A stretch of 44,300 bases of DNA from positions 27,770,343 through 27,814,642 of the forward strand of contig NC_068998.1 of NCBI RefSeq assembly GCF_001194135.2, given 5' to 3'. The notes under the pieces were generated by a model that was given only the letters and a program-made list of their open reading frames with translations, did not search any database and was not told the origin of the DNA. Below, in pieces: positions 35,924 to 44,300 of the stretch. This stretch comes from Octopus bimaculoides. Taxonomy: Eukaryota. Position 1 is the first letter of the stretch, and each line of letters opens with the position of its first letter. Made by a program: the position numbers and the translations under genes.

Positions 35924-36449
35924 GGATCTATTTTAAAACGGGGGCGCCAGTTTTCATTTATGTAGTGTTTTTGGTACNNNNNNNNNNNNNNNNNNNNNNN
36001 NNNNNNNNNNNNNNNNNNNNNNNNNNNNNNNNNNNNNNNNNNNNNNNNNNNNNNNNNNNNNNNNNNNNNNNNNNNNNNNNNNNNNNNNNNNNNNNNNNNN
36101 NNNNNNNNNNNCTTACACACATAGATACGCACAGCGTAATTTATTATATAAACAATATATACGTATAAATTACGATTAAACCGGATGAAATATGTCACAG
36201 GGAATAACATTTTTATGACCGCCCAGCAGTAAACTCTATTCAGCTGAATAGACGTTAGTGATTGGTTGAAATTACAGAAATACGACAACTTTTACATGGA
36301 ATAACTTGCGAATTCCTTTTTTTTTTTGTTAAGAAGACTAAGAGTAAAAGATGTTTTATATGACACATTCTACCAGTGTCCCAAGTTTCAAAGTGTTTCG
36401 TTAGTGTTTCGTTAAGAAAATACTGGCGCCCCCGTTTAAAAATAGATCC
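35924..36449. mobile_element. Merlin-like MITE, same family as 20000-20647
   Basis: TIR GGATCTATTTTAAAACGGGGGCGCCAGT and shared subterminal sequence; internal gap. The right flank does not carry the TSD. Confidence 0.8.
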
Positions 36450-37549
36450 AATTTATTTATTGAGATATTGAATACAAGTCATTAAAACATTTAGTTTCAG
36501 ATCTTTTTTTTTTAATGTTAGCATTTTATGATGTGTCATTATTGCCATTATTCGTTTATGAAGTCTATAAATGTTTTCTGTGTCATTTTTTATTAATTGT
36601 TCTTGTACTTAGCAATCAAACGTTGAATATAGCGAAAATAACAGATCGTGCACATTCTCTAGTTCATAAGTATCATATAAGAATTAATTGCTTTTTAAGA
36701 ATATTACTAATAGAATACTTACTAGATAATCTAAATACACACATCTAGATATAGTAGTTACAACAATAAGATCTAATGAGCTTGTGATTATTCGTTCTAA
36801 TTATAAACTTTATGGTTTGCTTTATGAGTAATTTCAATTTTATGACCGTCCCATTAGTCAGCAGTCATCGTTATAAACCCCTTAAGCTTTCGTTTGTGTT
36901 CTTTATCTGAAAGTTCTTTGTTTGAACTTATGTTTGATAGATTCGTGTGTTTTGCAAAGGGGTCGCATTTATTGTTTTGAATAGCTACACCTGATTCAAG
37001 TAATATTAGTTCGGCTACGGCCGCGTGAGTAAGGTTCAGTCGACAGAAACTAAACAGAAGACCGTCGGAGACACAGTTCTTGTTATTGAGTGTTTTTGCA
37101 ACCCCAGGAATTTCCAGTTAAAATGTAGATTTTGAAATATAGTCGCTATATAACACTACACGGCAATATTTCATAACGATAGGATTGTGACAGTTTTAGT
37201 TCAACGTATGAGATTTTTTTTCAAATCGGTCCCTAGTGATTTTTAATATAGGTTGACAGATTAGGTCTTGTGGTATTTGCGTCCGGCTCTTTGCTCTCTG
37301 ACATCAACACTCACGATGATACAGATACCAAGCCGTTTCGATACTTGTCTTTCCATTTAAGAACATCAATGTCGCAGAGAGGAGAGATTGCCAGCAAGTG
37401 CTGGTCTTCCATAAACATTTTTACCCTGGCATGTGTTTTGGCAACAAACTTTTTAAATGCAGATACATGGTTTCTTGAAACATACGTAGCCCCATCCCCT
37501 AGAATATACGTTGAACCAAAACCAACACTTGTAACCTATGGTTACAAGA

Positions 37550-37790
37550 TTATAAAGGATTCTACTTCGTGATAAGGGCGATATTTCAACAGTCATAGAA
37601 GCACTGGAGTTTCTAACTTGACACCGAGAGTTTGCTACCATATTAGACCTTCTAACAACCATTCCAGTGACCAGCAGAAGTACGGTGTTAAGTTCACAAC
37701 TAAGTAAGACAGTATTAGTTAATAAAATTAGGCAATTCATCTCAAATAATGGCAAAGTACCGGCTGTATAGCGTAAAGTCGAGTAACGTC
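37550..37790 (+). pseudogene. Possible hAT C-terminal dimerisation-domain relic
   Basis: STVIEALEFLT*HREFATILDLLTTIPVTS, then MAKYRLYS, resembles the LL..TLPVTS..STM..RLS pattern. Degenerate. Confidence 0.45.
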
Positions 37791-37831
37791 GTCCAAGTCT
37801 ACTGGAATAAACAAAGTCTCAAGTATAATTT

Positions 37832-37947
37832 AAAGGATGAAAGGCAAAGTGAACCCCGGCGGAATTTGAACTCAGAACGTAAAGACGGACGAAATACCGC
37901 TTACATTTTGCCCGGCGCGGTAACGATTCTGCCAGCTCGCTGCCCTT
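37832..37947 (-). mobile_element. MetaSINE-type SINE, 5' part
   Basis: Reverse complement of the SINE head and B box. Confidence 0.85.
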
Positions 37948-37982
37948 GTGTTATATATAATATTAATATGAAATGTGTAGTG

Positions 37983-38170
37983 AAGCCTGTGATCTGGCAG
38001 AATCGTCATCACCCTGTGCAAAATGCTTAGCGGCTTCTCGTCCGTCTTTACGTTCTGAGTTCGAATTCCGCCGAGGTTGACTTTGCCTTTCATCATTCGG
38101 GGTTGATAAAATAAGTACCAGTTACGCATTGGGGTCGATGTAATCCACTTATCCTCTTCCCCCGCTGAAA
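37983..38170 (+). mobile_element. MetaSINE-type SINE
   Basis: Head, GAGTTCGAATTCC B box and core GCCTTTCATCATTCGGGGTTGATAAAATAAGTACCAG. Confidence 0.88.
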
Positions 38171-38319
38171 TGTAAAACCAATACGTAATGTGGCGGTTTT
38201 GTACTGAAAAATATAATGTAAAATTGGGCGTCACTTTTAACTCACATGTTCGTAGCGTAACACTTCCACTTCACTGTAGTAATTCTTTTGTTGTTCTTCA
38301 TTACAAGCAAATAACAGGC

Positions 38320-38430
38320 TCCAAGCAAAAGCAAAGGTTCTTGATGAAGGAGGGGTGGAGGCTGTCCTGCATCCACAGAAGGTTACAGGCTGTTTACGGA
38401 ATTGTCACCATCAATGAAAAGCAAAACCTG
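38320..38430 (+). pseudogene. Possible mariner N-terminal (HTH) relic
   Basis: KQRFLMKEGWRLSCIHRRLQAVYG resembles mariner EFL..EG...EIHRRL..VYG. Short. Confidence 0.4.
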
Positions 38431-38664
38431 TCAAAGAGGGAATCAAAGGGCCTTTCTTGTATTTCTCCGTTCGGTAATCTGAGCCTAAACAAGCTAGGGT
38501 TTTGTAAGAAGCCTACGAAACATTAAATCACATGGAGCCGAATCAAACTGTTTTAACTAATAATATATGTAACTCCTACTAAATGTGTTGAGTGCCTTTG
38601 TTTTTCGTTTATTTACTCACTCGTGTTAATATTGCTTCCGTCACTAATAATTAAGTCTTGATAA

Positions 38665-39090
38665 GCTTCTCTGGAGCAGAAACGTGGTCCCTCTCGAAGA
38701 CCCTTGCAAGGAGGATGACGGCTTGGATAACAGAGCCCTGAGAACCATCGAGACTATCAGATGGTACCATTACATTTACAATGAAGGACTACTGCGCACG
38801 CGCATCAGCGCGCAGCATCCCACCTCATAGCTATCTGTCACATGCTCTGGTACGGATATGTCCTCCATCTCTCGCCAGATCATCCTGCCAGGGCTTTATT
38901 CTCAGTTGACACAGCAGCAGCAGGCTGGAAGAGACCTGGTGGTAGAACTCGCACCAAATAACTGGGTGTGATTGGGGAGGATCTCAAGAAGCTCGACTCA
39001 TCTTGGAGAATGTGGAGGGGCTGACACGGGACCGTCAGCGATGGAGAGCACTGGTGGACCTGATCGCATCTACGCATGATGAAGTCTCAG
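38665..39090 (+). mobile_element. RTE-clade LINE, 3' fragment
   Basis: GAETWSLSKTLARR, W.GYVLHL..DHPARALF, GWKRPGGRTRTK, DRQRWRALV across frameshifts. Confidence 0.8.
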
Positions 39091-39412
39091 GGACCATTAA
39101 CCTGGGATTACTTCATCCTCATCAACCAAGAGCATGAAGCAAACAAGCTAGCTATTTGCAACATCAGCGTCTGAAAAGATGCGATATTTGACTGGCATGC
39201 GGTCACCCGGTGCTTCCACTGATGACTTCCAATAGAACAAAATCACGTGATATGGAAAAAAAATCTAGCGCCCACGACAGACGAATTTCACCTGCTACGA
39301 TCTATATGTGTGCTTTTATGCATCAAGCGTTAATAACGCAGTATTTGATGTTCGAACAAGACATCTATGTTTAATTGGATATAGAGATTACCTTTTGGTA
39401 TTAATACTGCAA

Positions 39413-39413
39413 A

Positions 39414-39490
<77 letters not shown>
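39413..39490. repeat. (TATC)n microsatellite running into a gap
   Basis: Read directly. Confidence 0.97.
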
Positions 39491-39807
39491 NNNNNNNNNN
39501 NNNNNNNNNNNNNNNNNNNNNNNNNNNNNNNNNNNNNNNNNNNNNNNNNNNNNNNNNNNNNNNNNNNNNNNNNNNNNNNNNNNNNNNNNNNNNNNNNNNN
39601 NNNNNNNNNNNNNNNNNNNNNNNNNNNNNNNNNNNNNNNNNNNNNNNNNNNNNNNNNNNNNNNNNNNNNNNNNNNNNNNNNNNNNNNNNNNNNNNNNNNN
39701 NNNNNNNNNNNNNNNNNNNNNNNNNNNNNNNNNNNNNNNNNNNNNNNNNNNNNNNNNNNNNNNNNNNNNNNNNNNNNNNNNNNNNNNNNNNNNNNNNNNN
39801 NNNNNNC

Positions 39808-39928
39808 AATATGTAGAGCAATCTTCAGCTGCACGAAAATGCAGAAAATTACAGTAGAATAGACATATTATAATTGTGGCAACATTTCAAATCCAAGTGG
39901 GAGGAAGAATACATAAAAATCCATCTTG
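39808..39928 (+). repeat. Inverted near-identical copy of about 120 bp of the Penelope-like fragment
   Basis: Matches the reverse complement of about 41563-41683 with one substitution (GAGCAATC vs GAGTAATC). Confidence 0.9.
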
Positions 39929-41457
39929 ACATAGCCAAGTCTATCAGGCTAGTAATTGGTTCTAGGCAAAAATTCTAACTGTCTCTGATTTTATTGTCTC
40001 TTATCTAGTAGTAATAGTATAAGGGACAATCACTTCTAAGGAAAGGGAAGGTGTAAGCATTATGCATGGACATGGCTATAAAGGATTATAAAGGTTTCTC
40101 TGGTCAGAGTGGCAACACTCTTATAGGTTGGGTCTTTTTTTACTACTATCAAAATGTTGAGGAATTAAACCCTAGGTATATAGGTCAAACAGGGCTTTTT
40201 CTTTAGTCTGAATAGAGCATCAGTATTGTTTTACAGACATCAATATTAGTTTAAACAATATTTTAACAATATTTTAACAATAAGGGGTATGTATGTTAAT
40301 AACAATAAAATGAAATGTCCTCGTTAAGAGATTTAACATTGAAATGTAGTTAGTTTATACAAAAATCATGAAGTAATGTCAGTATTGAATTCAGAGGCTA
40401 TAAGGTGTAAGGTCTAAGGATAATAAGTATATTGGGTTCATGAAAAACTATCTTGAATTATTTTTAAAATGATTTTAAAATTTTAGCTGATATATATAAT
40501 AATACTATTATGAAGACACATAAATGTAAGCTATATTTCTATAATGTGAAGAAAAAATTAGTATAGGATTTATATAGTTTATAATAATGGGTTTACTAAG
40601 GTTTGAGGGACAGAAAAAGAAAAATGATATTAGGAATTAACAAGGCCATCCAATACAGGAACATGATGATTGATTAAAAGTTTCATTAGTCATGAGTTTG
40701 TTTTAAGATTAACATGGGTTNNNNNNNNNNNNNNNNNNNNNNNNNNNNNNNNNNNNNNNNNNNNNNNNNNNNNNNNNNNNNNNNNNNNNNNNNNNNNNNN
40801 NNNNNNNNNNNNNNNNNNNNNNNNNNNNNNNNNNNNNNNNNNNNNNNNNNNNNNNNNNNNNNNNNNNNNNNNNNNNNNNNNNNNNNNNNNNNNNNNNNNN
40901 NNNNNNNNNNNNNNNNNNNNNNNNNNNNNNNNNNNNNNNNNNNNNNNNNNNNNNNNNNNNNNNNNNNNNNNNNNNNNNNNNNNNNNNNNNNNNNNNNNNN
41001 NNNNNNNNNNNNNNNNNNNNNNNNNNNNNNNNNNNNNNNNNNNNNNNNNNNNNNNNNNNNNNNNNNNNNNNNNNNNNNNNNNNNNNNNNNNNNNNNNNNN
41101 NNNNNNNNNNNNNNNNNNNNNNNNNNNNNNNNNNNNNNNNNNNNNNNNNNNNNNNNNNNNNNNNNNNNNNNNNNNNNNNNNNNNNNNNNNNNNNNNNNNN
41201 NNNNNNNNNNNNNNNNNNNNNNNNNNNNNNNNNNNNNNNNNNNNNNNNNNNNNNNNNNNNNNNNNNNNNNNNNNNNNNNNNNNNNNNNNNNNNNNNNNNN
41301 NNNNNNNNNNNNNNNNNNNNNNNNNNNNNNNNNNNNNNNNNNNNNNNNNNNNNNNNNNNNNNNNNNNNNNNNNNNNNNNNNNNNNNNNNNNNNNNNNNNN
41401 NNNNNNNNNNNNNNNNNNNNNNNNNNNNNNNNNNNNNNNNNNNNNNNNNNNNNNNNA

Positions 41458-41683
41458 TTGTACTAATAATGCATCTGTACACTACGTTACGGGTGCAACA
41501 AATTCCTAATAAGGGACAATGGGACTTATTTCTGCAGTTGCACATAGTGGTGCTATCAACCCCAAGATGGATTTTTATGTATTCTTCCTCCCACTTGGAT
41601 TTGAAATGTTGCCACAATTATAATATGTCTATTCTACTGTAATTTTCTGCATTTTCGTGCAGCTGAAGATTACTCTACATATT
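41458..41683 (-). mobile_element. Penelope-like element fragment (linker and start of the GIY-YIG endonuclease)
   Basis: Minus strand RVIFSCTKMQKI..CNCRNKSHCPLLGICCTRNVVYRC fits the PLE CNCR..CPL.G.C..VVY zinc motif. Confidence 0.75.
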
Positions 41684-42269
41684 GCATTTAATGTAATGCT
41701 CGCATTACTTAAATAAATGGAGTAGCATGAAACGTGCGTACTGCAACCATCTTTAAAATCCGTGTTGCTTATTTTGATTTTATATATATATAATACAAAT
41801 GATATATGAGCATATGCATGTATACATACATATATAACATACCTACATCTACATGTATATATAAGTGTATATCCGGGTACAGGACGTTAAAAAAGGAACG
41901 GGAACATAAACAAAGCACAAAAAACGGACTTTTATTTACGGACAACAGAATGAACACAGGAAAACAGACGAGCCATTTATGGAACTTTTCCTTCATCAGC
42001 TGCCTGGGGAATGCACAAGTAGCTCTGATATCGTTTTGAACAGAGGGAATGTGATATATGATGAGATGATGAGATGCATCGATTATTAATTAATGTGATT
42101 TAATGTCTGGCTGAATGAAATGGTTGACAATAAGTTAATTGTCAATGTATTTACTATTGTATTTATTTGGGGAGACACTGTTTAAGTTGTTTGAGAAAAG
42201 CAGACATCCTAGTTTTGTAAATATTAGTGAGAAACACAATATCAAAATAACCAGTGATAAAGGTTCATT

Positions 42270-42275
42270 TTTATT
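42270..42275 (-). terminator. Candidate poly(A) signal of the GPCR
   Basis: AATAAA on the minus strand about 130 nt past the stop. The context is AT-rich, so this is weak. Confidence 0.3.
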
Positions 42276-42406
42276 TGTTTATTTTCTCGAATTAATTTAT
42301 AGATTTATAATTACAAACAGTAATTAGTGAAAACAATAAAAGCAAGAGATCGACTAGTATTTCTGATTTAATGTTCCACTGTGGATAAGAGTAGAATCTA
42401 TATTTT

Positions 42407-43513
42407 CTATTGAACTGCTCGGTAAATAGAACTTAGAGTCTGACTGGCTGCCATCCCAGTCGAAGCACTACTGATACTTGGCAGTCTGGATGTTCGTCTG
42501 CTTGTTGGAAATTTAACTTTCATCCGACGGAAAACTGCTTTCACTTCCTTCCTAACAACTTTACCAGTGATAGCATAAAGGTAAAAGTTAATACCATAGT
42601 TGATATCCCATAGCATATTGACAGGTCCCAGAGCTACACTCAAAGATTTTTGCCAGTCTGGACGGAGTTGTATTAGGAGGACAAGCATGGCGTTTGGCAA
42701 GAAAAGAATTACAAATGAAATTGATAAAACGAGTAACATTTTGGTGATTCGATTGCGGTTGTTCAGTTGTTGACGATGAGAAACAATATCTGATTGACAG
42801 CGAAGGGCAAATATAATCCCTATATTAGAAAAAATTATTATAAATAACGGAGCCACAGTGACACACGTTGTAGCTATGGTGAAATGAATATTTTGAGCTT
42901 GTCTAACCATACCACATACGTTACATGCGAACTGGCTGAAGTAGAACACATAAGAGAGAGCTATGCATACACTCATTACCAAGATCACCAAAACAATATT
43001 CGCAATTTTGGGGGTACAGAATTGTGCGGCACTAAATGGAAATGCTGTGACGATGATACGTTCACATGTGATGCACACCAATAACCAAGAACATATCACA
43101 TGGTTTGCAGTCATGAAATATTCGCTAAAACCACACAAGAAGTCTGTACGGAATGTTATAATGATTTCACTTTTTAAAATGGTGGACAATAAATTGATCC
43201 AGAAGAAAGCCCGGATGATCAGAGATAAAGAATCACATATCGCCAGTAAGCTAAGGTAGCGACTGAATGACTGTTTACGTAAAACTGGTCTCTGCATGAC
43301 GATGAACACTAAAATATTGCCGATCAATCCAAATGTTAATACCACTGATAACTCGAACAGCCTAACCCAGGCACCAGTAAGTGTTGATTGCTGCAATAAC
43401 GGATATTCTATCATAAATGCCCAGTAGTTGCTTTCTTGGGTACATGCTTCTTGAATGCCGATCCCTTGGGTGAAAATCTCTTGAGTGTTATTCTCAGTAG
43501 AATCAGTTACCAT
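42407..43513 (-). CDS. Class A (rhodopsin-like) GPCR, FMRFamide-receptor/Srw-like orphan, 368 aa, single coding exon
   Basis: Intact ORF with seven hydrophobic segments: GN in TM1 (GLIGNILV), LAICD in TM2, TM3 Cys and CERIIVTAFP (DRY to ERI), LFLPN in TM6, INFYLY in TM7, N-terminal NNT sequon. The track start at 43573 is TTG; the first ATG is at 43513 in the context AAGATGG. Confidence 0.92.
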   Translation of the reverse strand: MVTDSTENNTQEIFTQGIGIQEACTQESNYWAFMIEYPLLQQSTLTGAWVRLFELSVVLTFGLIGNILVFIVMQRPVLRKQSFSRYLSLLAICDSLSLIIRAFFWINLLSTILKSEIIITFRTDFLCGFSEYFMTANHVICSWLLVCITCERIIVTAFPFSAAQFCTPKIANIVLVILVMSVCIALSYVFYFSQFACNVCGMVRQAQNIHFTIATTCVTVAPLFIIIFSNIGIIFALRCQSDIVSHRQQLNNRNRITKMLLVLSISFVILFLPNAMLVLLIQLRPDWQKSLSVALGPVNMLWDINYGINFYLYAITGKVVRKEVKAVFRRMKVKFPTSRRTSRLPSISSASTGMAASQTLSSIYRAVQ

Positions 43514-43538
43514 CTTGAATAGTTCAAGTTCAAGGAAT

Positions 43539-43552
43539 CTGTAATAGAGAAT
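43539..43552 (-). other. Probable splice acceptor 25 nt upstream of the GPCR ATG
   Basis: Minus strand TTCTCTATTACAG|ATTCC, implying a non-coding first exon further right. Confidence 0.5.
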
Positions 43553-44024
43553 CGAAATCAACAGTCTTGACAAAACATTTCATCTCTGACAGGAACATTA
43601 TTATAATGGTGCATTTTTTCTTTGTAATACACATTGACATTAATACGAATTTAAACAAGAAGCTCAAGATTTTAAACACTTTATCCTGAATTTTATCAGA
43701 TATTCCACAGAAGTCAGCTTGGATTTTGAGTTAGATAACTGAGATTTAAGATTTAAGGTAGTCCCAAGCTTTCACTTCTTACCATTTTACAAATTCAGTT
43801 AGATATCGCATATTGGAAATGAAGATTAATTATGAATCTCACAAAAAGACAAGGTATATTCACTCAAAAGAAAGCAGAGCCATCCAATGCCTGAACAGCC
43901 ATTTTCTCTTTGCGACGTCTCTGGTAAAACCAGTGATGGCAGATAAACATAATAACACTGGGTGACGACAATTGTTCACAAGTGTTTTGATGGGTGTTCT
44001 AAGCGTACACTTATTTGCTGAATC

Positions 44025-44243
44025 TTTTTACCTGTTTCAGCTATTTGACTGTAGCCATGCTGGGGCACCGGCTTGAAGGATTTTAGACGAACAAATCAAC
44101 CAGAGGAGTTTTTTTAAGCCTGGTACTTATTCTCTCTTTTGCTGCACCGCTGAGTTACGAGGACGTAAACGGACTAACATCGGTTGTCAAGCAGTGTTTG
44201 TGGGGCACAAACACTGACACAAAGACACACATACATAGATTAT

Positions 44244-44300
<57 letters not shown>
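44025..44300 (-). mobile_element. OK-like SINE 3' part with (CA)n, running off the window
   Basis: TGTTTCAGCTATTTGACTGTAGCCATGCTGGGGCACCG..GGTTGTCAAGC parallels 23630-23830. Confidence 0.8.

Noticed and set aside
39930-40720. Possible degenerate reverse transcriptase on the minus strand
   Set aside because: Only weak fragments (VIVP, PITSL) with many stops; not enough for a call.
42884-43259. Antisense ORFs over the GPCR
   Set aside because: Short shadow ORFs with no recognisable motifs.
43514-43573. 20-aa N-terminal extension of the GPCR in the ORF track
   Set aside because: It starts at TTG and spans a likely splice acceptor; the ATG at 43513 has good Kozak context.

Overview
This is eukaryotic, AT-rich, repeat-dense draft-assembly DNA with 14 N-gaps. 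It is most likely from an octopus: the SINE families match octopus SINEs as I recall them, which is recognition, not a database result. There is one intact host gene, a class A (rhodopsin-like) 7TM GPCR of the FMRFamide-receptor/Srw-like type, coded in one exon on the minus strand (ATG 43513, stop 42407). The rest is microsatellites and transposon remains: two Chapaev3 pieces, an hAT/Charlie MITE, Dong/R4, Tx1, RTE and Penelope retroelement fragments, a Helitron, maT (DD37D) and mariner (DD34D) fragments, hAT transposase relics, GGATC-ended 8-bp-TSD (Merlin-like) elements and many tRNA-derived SINEs. ORF-track entries that cross N runs or microsatellites are artefacts. I see no convincing multi-gene novel system. 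The most interesting structure is in how the elements are arranged: (1) a three-level nest of maT, SINE and a 3-kb TIR element whose cargo has a dense NRF1/RFX/CCAAT/E-box motif cluster; (2) a local inversion shown by a flipped target-site duplication at 35.6-36.4 kb; (3) a composite Helitron with two 5' ends; (4) several fold-back or palindromic structures.
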